Assembly (NCBI GenBank): GCA_965198115.1
Contig: OZ240241.1
Coordinates: forward strand, 64,001 to 128,000
Direction: 5' to 3'
Source of the DNA: Candidatus Latescibacterota bacterium
GTDB lineage: Bacteria; Latescibacterota; UBA2968
Length of the DNA: 64,000 nt
Shown: positions 1 to 10,912 of the stretch, one piece after another
How the letters are laid out: each line of letters opens with the position of its first letter
Numbering within the stretch: position 1 is the first letter of the stretch
The notes under the pieces: generated by a model
The model's input: the letters and a program-made list of their open reading frames with translations, nothing else
The model's database searches: none
Told to the model about the DNA's origin: nothing
Translations under genes and position numbers: made by a program

Positions 1-1
1 C

Positions 2-613
2 AAGTTCTCGCTTCAGTTGCGTATAAAGAAGGTCATGGAAGATGCAGGATATGAAGTAGGTTGGCTATCCACCGAGCCGCAAGGTGAGCTTTTCGGCGCC
101 TCGTTTGCATTTCCGTATGGTTACAATGGAACGGTCGCTCTCAATCCGCACGACTGGCCCGTAGCCGTCTCGTGCGCGATTCGTGGGATAGAAATGGCCG
201 GTAGCCCAGACATCATTATCACGGGCCATCAATCAGGTCTACTGCCCTACACCAGAGGAAATTTGGCGGACATCTATCTGCAACACTTGACATTCCTGAG
301 TGGCTGTCGCGCTGATGCCGCTGCGTGCGTGATAAGTCCAGAAGATGACATCAGGACAGTCGAGGATGTTATTGGTGTCCTGCAACATCTCCTGCGAGTC
401 CCGGTGCTCTTTTTCGCACTGCATCGAAACGTGAGATCACTTGGGACTCTGGACAGTGGGAAGAATTATGTAAAAGTAAGGAGATTGAAGGAGGCAGAGT
501 GGCAGGAACGCGCGAGGGAACTTAGGTCTCGGTTCGGCATTCCTGTAATTGATTCTCACAGTGAACATTATGACAGTGACATACTTCGAGCAGTGGAGGA
601 CTGTTTTGCCTGA
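2..613 (+). CDS. C-terminal part of a DUF1611/TIGR04066-like peptide-maturation-system protein (5' partial)
   Basis: Frame is open from the window edge. KFSLQLRIKKVMEDAGYEVGWLSTEPQGELFG..FP resembles the conserved block of DUF1611/TIGR04066 proteins. The stop overlaps the next gene. Confidence 0.55.
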   Translation, partial: KFSLQLRIKKVMEDAGYEVGWLSTEPQGELFGASFAFPYGYNGTVALNPHDWPVAVSCAIRGIEMAGSPDIIITGHQSGLLPYTRGNLADIYLQHLTFLSGCRADAAACVISPEDDIRTVEDVIGVLQHLLRVPVLFFALHRNVRSLGTLDSGKNYVKVRRLKEAEWQERARELRSRFGIPVIDSHSEHYDSDILRAVEDCFA

Positions 614-866
614 TGGTACGGACAACATCAGGGGGAAGTTGGTCGAATTAAGCAAGGAGTTTATGCCTGACTCTTCGATTGTCGACGATACGGAGAGACT
701 CATCGTAATTGGATCAGAATCTGTTAGGGCGATCGAGTTTCTCATGGCAATCGAGGATGAGTTCGAGATTGAGATAGAAGATGACGCGCTTACTCCCGAT
801 TTTTTCTCCGACTACACATTTATCTGCAAGGCAGTGGAAGAAGCCCTCGAAGTCTCACCTGAGTGA
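606..866 (+). CDS. Acyl carrier protein (phosphopantetheine-binding)
   Basis: GGAGGA at 595-600 then TTG at 606. Small acidic protein with GSESVRAIEFLMAIEDEFEIEI, an ACP helix-II signature (ES in place of DS). Confidence 0.8.
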   Translation: MPDGTDNIRGKLVELSKEFMPDSSIVDDTERLIVIGSESVRAIEFLMAIEDEFEIEIEDDALTPDFFSDYTFICKAVEEALEVSPE

Positions 867-881
867 TAGGAAAGGCTGGTC

Positions 882-1760
882 ATGGTTCGGACATTTATTG
901 TCGAAGAGCACAATGAGGCGTTCTTGGTTTGGAGTCGAGCAATTTCTGCTGGTCTCATACCAGCCACCGGGAACGAGCTAGTTCACGTTGACCAACATTC
1001 AGATCTTGATGCGCCAAGGCTAAAGAGATCTGTGAAAGACACTATGGATGACGATGAGCTACTGGAGTTTGTCTTTCGTGATCTAAGGATCGGAACCTTC
1101 ATCATTCCAGCTGTCTACCTGGGGTTGTTTAACTCGATTCAATGGGTCAAGAAACGCCACAATTTGGAGACCCAGAAAACGTTATTTGTCCGATCTTACA
1201 ACACTTCTGGAAAGAAACTCATCATACAAGATGAACTTCCACTAGGGATCGATCTCACAGATGATGACGTGCAGTCTTTTCAGCTTATTCGTCAGAATGT
1301 CGAGAACCTTGAGTGCACAAACGATGCCGTTCTAGACATAGACTTGGATTACTTCTCAGCCGAGGAAAACCCGGCGGAACGCACGGACTGCGTTGCCGAG
1401 ATAACTCGAGAAGAGTACTGGTCATTCCACAACGACAGATATCACCAGATTAACTATCTCGGACCAATCGTGGAAGCGGTAGAGAAGAACGGGAGATACT
1501 TTTACACCTTCAACATGTTCGATGAGATCTACCCCTCGCGTCTGGCTGTTGATGATGGGATCATTCAGCAGAGAGTTGAAGAACTCATCGAAGTACTCTC
1601 AAGAATCGAGCTTGTTCCTAAATTGATAACCATATGTCGTTCTGTGAAGAGCGGCCACACACCCTCCAGCCAGGGCCAACTGATTGAAACTATGGTGCTC
1701 AAAGGGCTTAGAGCATTGTACGAGATCGACCCACAGATGGTCGACGACTCACTCGCATAG
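882..1760 (+). CDS. UPF0489 family (peptide-arginase-like) metallohydrolase
   Basis: Motifs EEHNEAF, HVDQHSD, LDIDLDYF, ITICRS. Confidence 0.8.
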   Translation: MVRTFIVEEHNEAFLVWSRAISAGLIPATGNELVHVDQHSDLDAPRLKRSVKDTMDDDELLEFVFRDLRIGTFIIPAVYLGLFNSIQWVKKRHNLETQKTLFVRSYNTSGKKLIIQDELPLGIDLTDDDVQSFQLIRQNVENLECTNDAVLDIDLDYFSAEENPAERTDCVAEITREEYWSFHNDRYHQINYLGPIVEAVEKNGRYFYTFNMFDEIYPSRLAVDDGIIQQRVEELIEVLSRIELVPKLITICRSVKSGHTPSSQGQLIETMVLKGLRALYEIDPQMVDDSLA

Positions 1761-1921
1761 CGTACTGAAGCTGGATCCCCGCATAGTCCATTTAGATGGT
1801 GCGCTTTGAGCGCATGTGCGAATCCGGTGACGATATTGACCTGCCCCCACTCCTCCGAAGATAGGGTTTAGCAAAAGGCACTACCGCTTGGATTAAGAGT
1901 TCAGCAGTCCTAACAGCTAAC

Positions 1922-4297
1922 GGTAAGCCCCCGGCTCTGCCGGGGAGACTCCCAGTGTTTGACAATTCCGGGAAATAGACAAGAGCCTTCCGATTCCGTG
2001 GACCGCTCAAAGCTCACGGAAGGAAGGCTCTCAATGAACGACCTTCAGAGTCTACGTCACACGGTATGGGAGTGCAAGTATCACGTTGTTTTGGGTTCCG
2101 AAGTATCGGAGAAAGTCTGTATGCGGAGCTTCGCCGGTATCTGGGAGAAGCTTTCCGCGATCTTGCCAAGGCAGAGGGAATCTCGTGTTGAAGAAGGTCA
2201 TCTGCGTCCGGATCACGTGCACATGTTGATTTCGATCCCGGCCGAAGCACTCAGTAGCTCAGACGGTAGGGTTCATCAAAGGAAAGAGTGCGATCCACAT
2301 TGCTCGGAACTACCTGGGACGTAGTTCGAACTTCACGGGGCAGCATTTCTGGGCAAGAGGCTACTGGGTCTCCACCGTTGGTAAGGATGAACAAATGGTT
2401 CGGGAGTTATATCCGGATGTCCGGCGTCAACCATTCTTCCCGCCGTGTTGCCTCACGTAGTAATGTTACCAGGTACAGAAGCTGCTGCATCAGACTCCGA
2501 TTTGCTGGTGTCGGAGAGAGTGTACTGGGGCGCCCCGGGTTCCAGATTGGCCCCACCGAAGATAAGTTTCCGGGCCATCGTACGGCGCCAGTCCCGTACC
2601 CGACGCTGTAGAGTGCGGAGTTGGCCGGGGGTGTACGTAGAGGGGTACTCCTGCTGAAGCCGCTCGAGGAGGGATTTGGCCGTTGCGTCGGGCTCCTCGA
2701 CTAACCACCCTTCCACCACGGGCCATACCGAGACGAAGGGATCCAGACGCGTACGCCAGTGACGGCCTGAGGCCGGGGGCAGTCGGTGTGTTGGCCGGGC
2801 TTCTCCCCCGCGCCACAGGGTGGGCAATTGTGATAGAAAGAGGGCAAGGTCGTCGTCGGTTGAGGACCCTTCAGTCGCTTCGTCCGGCGCAGAGAGCCGG
2901 GTTAGCGCGGACTGTGCTAAGCGGATCTCGTTAAGGAGCTGTAGGGGGTCCAACGAGGCCGAGAGTTCCTGAAGTCCTCGGATCTGGTCGTCCGCGATGT
3001 ATTCGGATGCCAACAATCGCTGGCAAGGGGTGGCCGGCGGATAGTAGTGCTTGATCACCTTGGCGCCCTGTCGGCTCTTCTCCTTGAGCTTGAAGGAGAG
3101 GGCTGGAAGCAGTTCACGCGTAGAGCCGGGAAACAGAGTAGAGACGGGACAGCGTCTGCGTGGCCTTGACCCCCTTCAAGCGCCCATACCCGACCAACCG
3201 CCGCACTACAGCCCCATTCTTCTGCTCGACCCAGGCCTGGTCATTCTTGCGATAGGGGCGCGAACGTGTCTGAGTGAGTCCTGCGTCTCTAGTGTACGTG
3301 AGCAGGCTATCGTTGATGAAGGCGCCGTCGTTGTCCGTATCCAGACCTATCAATGCGAAGGGAAGTTGGCCACGTACCATCTCCACGGCTTCTACGACCA
3401 AGCCCTGCTCTCGCACGAGCAGTGGCAGGCACTCCGTCCAGCCCGAAGCGATGTCGGTCAACACCAGAGTATGGACGCAACTGCCCTCGCTGTTGCCGCC
3501 GTTGTGGGCCACAAAGTCGGCTTCCATGAACCCAGGCCGTGGGTCGACCCAATCGCTGAAGGTGCGCACCGGAATCTGGCTACGCACAAGCCCATTGGAC
3601 TGACGGCGCCTGCGGCGGTCCGAGGTGGCAGCCCGCTGTGGCGCCAGGAGCCTATCGATCGTAGCCGCGCTGATGCTCAGCAGGAGCTCTCTCAGTTTGG
3701 CACCTAGAACCAGGTGACCATGCCGCTCCAAGGCCCCCACCAAGACCAGCATGAGGGCCTTGAGGCGCTTGCTGCAGATCCGGTCAGCTGACTCCCACAC
3801 GATGATGAGAGCCTCATGCACTGCCTCGTCGTAGATCCGAGAGCGAGGACGGCCCGAGCGGCGGTAGCACGTTTCACCACCGTTGAGAAGCCTCAGGGCG
3901 TGTTTGCGATGGTAGCCCGTCAGGGCCACGAACTCATCCAAAATCCTGCGCTTCTCGCCGCTTGAAGCCACCCGATATCGGCGTCCAACTTCCACCACGA
4001 GCTCCCGTTTGGTCGCCATGCTGATGCTCCTCGCCATTTCTGCTCCCGCGAAAGACAAAGGGGGTAGCAGAATATGTGAGGCAACGACCCCTCAGGGGTA
4101 GCAGAAACCCTGAGTCAATGCGGGTGGGAGTTCTAATTGTCGCTAATCAATCCAGAACCAGGAGCGGGAAGACCAGCGTCTCGACCAGTCTCAACATCTT
4201 CAGATAATCGCCCCCTTTAGGTGGCGCACACGGTCTTAAACCGCTTTGAGCGGTTCACAAGTTTTTCAAGCCTCCAGCTTTGCCGGAGGTCATGACT
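1922..4297 (+). mobile_element. tnpA: IS200-like element (frameshifted tnpA) interrupted by a nested element
   Basis: Left hairpin AAGCCCCCGGCTCTGCCGGGG at ~1925. tnpA from ATG 2034 (HTVWECKYHV, DHVHMLISIP, FWARGY) breaks at ~2412 and resumes at ~4150 (IQNQEREDQRLDQ). Right hairpin AAGCCTCCAGCTTTGCCGGAGGTCATGACT ends at 4297. Confidence 0.8.
2446..4120 (-). mobile_element. ISNCY-like rve/DDE transposase element (frameshift ~3115), nested in IS200
   Basis: ORFs 3114..4058 and 2453..3058 (EADFVAH, DTDNDGAF, RKNDQAWVEQKN). Inverted ends GGTAxCA..GTGAGGCAAC at 2446-2470 and 4063-4086, with a subterminal copy at 4097-4120. Confidence 0.8.
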
Positions 4298-4336
4298 ACA
4301 GTGAAAGTGGATGATGGGGGGGACATTTTGCAGGTG

Positions 4337-5389
4337 ATGGTCGACATCCATTTAGATCCACCGATACGCACCTGGACCTACCACGCGTTTCGAATGTCAG
4401 TTTTAGGGAAGGGTCGTTTCTTTCGACCGTGGATCCTAAGCAATTTCATCCAGATGTGCTGTCGAGATTTGAGTGACTTCTCTTGGGAATCCTTAGAGGT
4501 GTACGAAGCCTATCTTGATGTACCGTATGGGTATAACTTCTTTTGTCCTGAAAAGTTCTACAATGCAGCGGGCTTGGTACAGCATTCAGTTGATAGAAAC
4601 CTGTTTAGCGAATGGACCGATGGAAGGCTGGCAGAATTCGTTTGTAGATCCATTGACCGCGGCTTCTGTTTTTACACATACCTCAACTATCAGTCCGTGC
4701 TCAGAGAGGGGAACACACCGATTCATCCATCGAAAAGTAACCATGGGACAATGATATGTGGCTATGATAAAAGTAAACGTGCATTCGCGATTTTGGGCTA
4801 TGAATCCGGGAGCTATGGTCTTTCTTGGGTGGACATTAACCTCGTAGAAAGCGCGTACCAAGAGACCTACCTTGAATCGATGAGCAGAGCCCATCAGACC
4901 ATCTGGCTATTGGGCAGAGACGATACTCCTTATTGGTTTAGCTTGGAAAAGGTGGCAGGACAGCTTCGTGACTATCTCGACTCTCAGAACAGGCTTGGAT
5001 TCGGAAGCCTTCTTGTTCAGCAGCCATCGTCACTATGTTATGGGTTGGAGACCTATGAGACGGGTCTCATTGGGCACTTAGGTGTAGTTCAGGAGAGGCC
5101 CAAACTCCTCTACTATCATCTTTTCCACGCTCTTAAGGAGCACAAGGCGCTGATGCTCGAAAGAATTCAACACCTCAATCATATGCGGATTGTTGATCAT
5201 AGGATAGTGGAGGAATACTCCTCGATCTTCAGATGGGCTGAAAATGTCAGAATGGTAATGCTAAAGTTCAGGATGAGACCAAGGAAAAAGACGCCAGATC
5301 GAATGATCAATAGATTGCGGGAAATGGCTGAGAAGGAGGCGGAGGTATTGGAAAAGACTTACCAAGCGATAAGTCAAGTGGGGGAATAA
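4337..5389 (+). CDS. BtrH N-terminal/C39-peptidase-like (papain-fold) protein
   Basis: WILSNFIQ, FVCRSIDRG, HGTMICGYD followed by a helical C-terminus. Start moved downstream of the IS200 right end. Confidence 0.5.
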   Translation: MVDIHLDPPIRTWTYHAFRMSVLGKGRFFRPWILSNFIQMCCRDLSDFSWESLEVYEAYLDVPYGYNFFCPEKFYNAAGLVQHSVDRNLFSEWTDGRLAEFVCRSIDRGFCFYTYLNYQSVLREGNTPIHPSKSNHGTMICGYDKSKRAFAILGYESGSYGLSWVDINLVESAYQETYLESMSRAHQTIWLLGRDDTPYWFSLEKVAGQLRDYLDSQNRLGFGSLLVQQPSSLCYGLETYETGLIGHLGVVQERPKLLYYHLFHALKEHKALMLERIQHLNHMRIVDHRIVEEYSSIFRWAENVRMVMLKFRMRPRKKTPDRMINRLREMAEKEAEVLEKTYQAISQVGE

Positions 5390-5399
5390 GATTGATAGC

Positions 5400-5945
5400 A
5401 AAATTCGGCGGAATGAGAATCGGGTGAAGTTCCGAACGGATTTGATCTGTCCAAACACGGGTTCGATGATCTGTTTTCTTTTCCAGTAGGTGCAGCGACC
5501 CTTCTGTGTGAGAAGCTTTCTCGCCATTTTGTCTTTCGTCGTTGCGCCCTTGGGGATCCGTCCCCTGGGGCAGGTCGCGATGGGCGTTCCATGTTTCTGT
5601 TTTGTCGTCGCCACATAGAGGTCGACGCCATCTGATTGAACCTGATCGACCTGACTTTGGTTGAAGTATCCGGTGTCGGCAGTGAGGTGCTTGGGTGTCG
5701 TGCCGCCCATATTCGCTCTGATCTGGTTGACCATAGGTGTCATCTGGTTCTTGTCATCAGCTTCTTGGGTGACGTCGGCAGCAACGACAATCTGGGCCTT
5801 GTCATCCACAGCAGCTTGGCAGTTGTAGGCTTGAAGGAATTGGCCCCCTGAGACCATGATCCGTGAGTCGGGATCGGTGAAGTTCAGTTGTTCCTTGGAG
5901 TCGGGCTCTTTCGATGGAGGCTTGGGCTTACGTCCACGACACGGG
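5400..5945 (-). pseudogene. IS1182-family transposase C-terminal fragment
   Basis: NFTDPDSRIM, QAYNCQAAVD, ADTGY, KRKQIIEPVFGQIK. Confidence 0.8.
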
Positions 5946-6194
5946 CACAACCCAAACGCCAGAGCTACGAAGAAAAATAACTTTGGCGACAGGACGTTGA
6001 CGAAATAATTTTTCCCATTCGGATAACTCCGCGCTTTTTCGTGCCCCCGGTTTCCCACCCCAAAGAACATCACAATAAACGCCCTATGTAACTGTTTATA
6101 AATAGGTTAACCGTTCTTCGTAGTCCATGATTTTCCAGAAAATGGGGTCAATTAGTGAGGAGCTGACGCTGGCTTCTCAAAACTCCACGCGTGC

Positions 6195-6370
6195 TGTAAG
6201 ATGTGGATCATCTCGAGCGAAACACCTTCCGCCTCGGCTTCCTCACGCTGCTTGACGATCTGATCGAGATCGTCCGGATCGATCTGCGTATCCATATTGT
6301 TGACACCGTGACGCGTGAGGAATTGCAGCTCCTTCTTCGAGGTCCCGATGCCCTGACAACCCACATACAT
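6195..6370 (-). pseudogene. Mannonate dehydratase-like N-terminal fragment
   Basis: MYVGCQ..LQFLTRHGV...GVSLEMIH, truncated after ~57 aa. Confidence 0.45.
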
Positions 6371-6655
6371 AGCGCACTCCCTTTCTGTTGAGTTGCGAAA
6401 CCTGGAGAGCTTCGCTGGGAATCAAGTTAGAGCCGGGCGATAAGGTTGGAAAGTGTGTACGGCACAGGACACGATTGGTACGGGCAGGTCTTGACGACAA
6501 CGTCTACCCGTCTATATTAACCAACGGCGTGAAGGACGCCGCCTGTCCGCGGAAAGGGACCGAGTCCCACCTTCCCTCTTGCAGAACCTACATCACAGTC
6601 TTCTTTCGGCCTGACCTGCGGACATCGGGCAAACGGTTCACGAAAGGAGATTGTC

Positions 6656-6900
6656 GTGGCTACGCAATCCTTCCCGCAGTCGCTCCCTGCTTCTCCGTCG
6701 CTGTCCCAACTCAAACTTCAGGCAAAAGAACTCCGTTCGGGCTATCAGTCCGGTGATGAGGACGCGGTCGCACGGGCGAAAGCGTCGCATCCAAAACCGG
6801 ACCAACTGAATGGATCGGGTCTTTCTCAAGCTGACACTCGTTACGGCCCGTGAATACGGGTTTCCCAGCTGGCCGCGTCTCAAACGTCACGTCGAGGAAT
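6656..6900 (+). pseudogene. N-terminal module typical of ankyrin-repeat proteins (frameshifted, truncated)
   Basis: SLPASPSLSQLKLQAKEL...(shift)AREYGFPSWPRLKRHVE, with an AAAGGAGA RBS. Confidence 0.6.
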
Positions 6901-6929
6901 TTAGTCGCGCCAGCGGCTAACTAAACCTT

Positions 6930-7093
6930 GGTAAGCCCCCGGCTCTGCCGGGGAGACTCCCAGAGTTTGACAGTTCCAGAAATATGTAAGAGCCTCCCTT
7001 GCCGTGGACCGCTCAAAGCACACGGAAGGAAGGCTCTCTAATGAGCAACGTAAGGAGTCTACGTCACACGGTTTGGGAGTGCAAGTATCACGT
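6930..7093 (+). mobile_element. IS200-like left end plus tnpA start (fragment)
   Basis: Near copy of 1922-2085, including the hairpin and HTVWECKYHV. Confidence 0.8.
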
Positions 7094-7385
7094 ACAATGT
7101 GCTGCTGGCACTCCGGATTTGCTTTTAAAAATTCACCGAAGCTGAAATCCTCGGAGTAGAACGCGTAGACCAGTTTCCGAATCGTTTCCATGCCTTGAAG
7201 ATACTCGGTCAGGAATCGGCCGAGACGCTCGCCCGAAAGGTCCCCCTCCCGAAGACCATCGACGATCGCATCGGCCGCCATTTCGCCCGACTCGAGCGCC
7301 AGAAAGATGCCGGATGAATAAACGGGGTCGAGGAATCCGAACGCGTCGCCCACGAGCACCCAGCCGTCTCCCGCAATACGGGCTT
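7094..7385 (-). pseudogene. FAD-dependent halogenase/oxidoreductase C-terminal fragment
   Basis: GWVLVGDAFGFLDPVYSSGIFLAL. Confidence 0.65.
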
Positions 7386-7470
7386 ATTCTCCCATGTTCC
7401 CCAGACAAGACAGGTCGGTACCCTGCCACGGCCGTCTGGGCGCGGTCGGCTCAAAATGATCGGATTCCGT

Positions 7471-7850
7471 TCAAACGCCTTTAAACCAATCCGATCGGAT
7501 CCGCACCCTCTCGATCATCTCAGTCTCAGTCTCCACACCAAGGGCATTTTCCTTGAGCAGGTTGCAAAGACGATCCCCGTCGATTAGATCGATTGCGATC
7601 GCACCGTCACGGGTGGCCTCTTCCGCCGCCTGACTGGTGAAAGTGCCCGTGGTGACGAACAGGCCTTTGTCGGCACGGCCCTGTAATGCCCCACGAAAAT
7701 CCCTAATATCCTTGGCACCTACGCTTCCCTTCCAACGCTTGCACTGGAAGTAGATCTGAAACGATACAAGGTTCACGCGTAGCACACCCACTCCGTCGAT
7801 CCCTCCGTCGCCGGATTTCCCACGCACTTCGACTTTGGTGAACCCCGCTT
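7471..7850 (-). pseudogene. mrr: Mrr-family restriction endonuclease C-terminal fragment
   Basis: SGDGGIDG, FQCKRW, IRDFRGA, GLFVTTGTFT, IDLIDG. Confidence 0.8.
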
Positions 7851-7909
7851 GCCGAAGAACTCATCTCTTTCAGCCACAGCTAATCTCGCCCCCCAACAGG
7901 AGTATTCAA

Positions 7910-8016
7910 ATGAGCATTTTTCAGCGCGTCTTCAGACTCGGCAAGGCCGAGGTCCACTCGGCTATCGACAAGATCGAGGATCCGATCAGGATGACCGAGC
8001 AGGGTATTCGGGACCT
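7910..8016 (+). pseudogene. pspA: PspA/IM30 N-terminal fragment
   Basis: AGGAG RBS; MSIFQRVFRLGKAEVHSAIDKIEDPIRMTEQGIRDL, then unrelated sequence. Confidence 0.7.
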
Positions 8017-8302
8017 CCCGGTCGTCGCCCGCGCGATCGGAGAGACGGGTCTGCCGCGAAGAGCCTTGCGCGCATCGCGCATGCCTCCGTAAGGGCAACG
8101 GAATGGTGAGAACGAGTGCCAACCCAAAGAAAAGGAGACGCACATCGGGTCTGCCGATTGCCGTCCCAAAGGACGTGGCCTCGATCCGGCTGTTGATCGA
8201 TACCGTTGCCCGGACGAACGAGTTGCCCCTTCCCGGTGTCGACTCTGTGCACGTCAGGAAAGCCCTCTTCGAGCGAGAGGACACTGGCCACGAGGAAAGC
8301 GG

Positions 8303-9043
8303 GTGGAGGGCCTGGACCCGATCGACTGGGCCAGACGGTTGGTCGCCGCTGAGCTCTACGCGCGGGAAGAGGACGTGGTCGGCATCGCGAGGGGGTTGGG
8401 GGTTGATGGGCCCGTCGTAAGGGACGACCTGGAGGTGATCTCGGTCTACCAGGTGCTCGCAGAGGGTGTTGGGCAAGCGCAGGCAGCACTCTCCCGGATA
8501 AGGAGGCGGTTTGAACGTCTCCAGGTGGCGGCTTTCGCCGACCTGCGTGAGGCCGAGAGCTTCCAGCTTCGGCGAAGAATCAGGACCGAAATCGGCCGTC
8601 GGGAGATGAGGCTCTGTAAGATGCTCCAGAAGGTCGGTTTCTATGGCCGGGTCACCGCCGGCTTACGCGTGGGCGAGCCCGTTGCTGACGAACGCGCGAT
8701 GGATGCCGTGAAGCATCTGCCAGATGAGGGGGTGCCCTATGTGGACCGAGGCCACATCGCCGCGATCCACCAGTTGGTGAATGCGGTCGTCCACCCGAAT
8801 CAACTGTCTCTGTTCGGCGCGGGATCTGTGCAGGCCCTGAAGATCCTGCGTGAGGGGAGGGGCACGTGGTCCGCTGGGAGGAAGAAGGAAGGGTCGGGTG
8901 AGCACGCGGCCGTGTGGGCCAGGCGGCTGCTGGTCGGCACGCTCCTGGCCAAAGGAGGACGACCTCTCCAGGTCGCAGAAGCTCTGGGCGTTGACAGATC
9001 GGTCGTCTACAATGATGCCAGAGAGGGTATTCCTCGAGAGTAG
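8303..9043 (+). CDS. Hypothetical protein with N- and C-terminal HTH-like repeats
   Basis: WARRLV..IARGLGVDGPVVRDD and WARRLL..VAEALGVDRSVVYND. Confidence 0.45.
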   Translation: MEGLDPIDWARRLVAAELYAREEDVVGIARGLGVDGPVVRDDLEVISVYQVLAEGVGQAQAALSRIRRRFERLQVAAFADLREAESFQLRRRIRTEIGRREMRLCKMLQKVGFYGRVTAGLRVGEPVADERAMDAVKHLPDEGVPYVDRGHIAAIHQLVNAVVHPNQLSLFGAGSVQALKILREGRGTWSAGRKKEGSGEHAAVWARRLLVGTLLAKGGRPLQVAEALGVDRSVVYNDAREGIPRE

Positions 9044-9219
9044 TCGGGATCAATCGAGGTTATGAAGCAGGGCTTTCGGGGTTATTCGTTCCAGGTTGTT
9101 GTTCTTGTTGCTTCGGTGAGCTCAGGGCTGAGAGAAACGGTGCTGTTCTGAATGGTGATTTGGCCACTATTGACCATCTCTCTCAACAAGCGTGAGATGC
9201 GTAAATTCGGAGGAAGGAG

Positions 9220-10593
9220 GAGCTATAATCAAAAGGTGTGGAAAAAGAGAAAGGGCGACCCTACCCTTCCCGTGAGATAGTTGATTCACACAAAACCGGG
9301 TGAGAGGCCCGGTTGGGAAGGAGGATCGCCGTGAAGGAACATACGCATAGAGCCCCATTGAAGTCCATGCCGACGTGGGAGACGGTTGACGATTGGATCC
9401 GTGAAGAGATCCAGGGCCGGTTCCAGTCCATTCCGGAGGAGGAGGCGACCGCGTTCTTGGGCCGGTCGTGGTATGAGCGCCGAGCCGAGGTCGATAGCTC
9501 CAGGGGCTACAGGAACGGCTACGGCAAGCCCCGGCGTCTCTCGACGAGCTGCGGAACGATCAAGGTCCGGCGTCCCCGGGCTCGTGGTCTGGAAGAGCGG
9601 TTTGAAAGCCGCATCCTCCCCCTGTTCGCCCGGAGAACCAGGGCCATTGGAGATCTGCTTCCCGACCTTTATCTCCACGGTCTCTCCCAGGGCGACTTCG
9701 AGTTGTCTTTGCGTGCGCTGCTCGGTGATGGCGCGCCGCTTTCGCCGACCTCGATCGCTCGTCTTCGAGGGAAGTGGGAGGTCGACTTCCAGGACTGGAA
9801 AGAAAGGCGTCTGGATAATCGCGAACTGGTCTACGCCTGGGCTGATGGCATCTACGTCAAAGCCGGGCTCGAGCGCGAGAAGGCGTGTCTGCTGGTCGTG
9901 ATCGGCGCGATGAGCGACGGCAGCAAGGAGATCCTGGCGATAGAACCCGGTTATCGAGAGTCTACAGAATCCTGGCTCACGGTGCTCCGGAATCTCCGGG
10001 ATCGCGGGCTCGAACATCCTGTCCTGATCGCCGCGGACGGGAATATGGGCATCTGGGCGGCCGTTGATCAGGTCTGGCCAGAGAGCCGGCAACAACGGTG
10101 CTGGAACCACAAGATCCTCAACGTGCTCGACAAGGTCGCCAAGCGTGCACAGGCTGAAGCCCGCGCACTGCTCGTCCAGATCCCCTATGCCGGCACGAAA
10201 AAGGAGGCCGAGAAGCTCCGGAAACGCTTTGCCGCACGGTATCGCTCACAGTTCCCTGCCGCCGTGGAGACGCTCGAAAGAGACTGGGATCGGATGGTCA
10301 CGTTCTACGACTTCCCGAAGGAACACTGGAAACACCTGAGAACCACGAACGTCGTCGAGAGCCCCTTTGCTTCCGTTCGGCTTCGCACAAACGCCGCCAG
10401 GCGATTCAAGAAAGTCAGGAACGCCACGACTCTCATCTGGCGTACGCTCAAGGTCGCAGAGAGCCGATTCAGGAAACTCACCGCGCCACACTTGCTACAA
10501 CAAGTCTACGATCAGAAACACTCAACCGGACCGCAGGTCGAAGCCGGGAAGATGGCCGCCTGATTTCTTTTACACACCTATTGACCTGAGCTC
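9220..10593 (+). mobile_element. IS256-family element (type A), intact transposase 9313..10563
   Basis: GYRNGY, WADGIY, QQRCWNHK, TTNVVES. Imperfect TIRs GAGCTATAATCAAAAGGTGTG and GAGCTCAGGTCAATAGGTGTG. Confidence 0.92.
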
Positions 10594-10787
10594 AGGTAGA
10601 AGGCCTTCTATTAGTAAGGCATCAATTTCCCGACCAGATCCTCTAGGTAGATCCCTAGACTGAATAGACAAGGGCAGGATTCCTGCAATTCCCGATCTGA
10701 AGGACACCCTATCACCAACTTGCCAGCGACGCAAGATCGCGCTCATCTCCTTGGTGAGCTTCGCCGCTATGGGGGATAGGGCCGCCA

Positions 10788-10881
10788 CCGTGCAACAGCA
10801 GCACTTGGCGGTTCGGGCCTTGACGGCCCTCGACCCAACTTGCCTGCGGCAAATTCGCAAGTGCGCGAAATTGTTAGGCGG
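10788..10881 (+). other. attC-like integron recombination site
   Basis: CCGTGCAAC..GCACTTG...internal hairpins...CAAGTGC..GTTAGGCGG, with a GTTRRRY core at 10873. Confidence 0.5.
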
Positions 10882-10912
10882 CATTGAGACAAACCTTTGA
10901 AGGAGAGATAAG

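Noticed and set aside
1922-4297. IS605-type TnpB/omegaRNA system
   Set aside because: No RuvC/TnpB ORF; the right end follows tnpA directly.
6851-6853. TGA as a second selenocysteine site
   Set aside because: The conserved AREYGF continues in another frame, so this is a frameshift.
9286-10110. Long antisense ORFs (also 3051-3707, 31914-33095, 40419-41477, 42637-43446, 58272-59108)
   Set aside because: Shadows of GC-rich genes on the opposite strand with no recognisable motifs.
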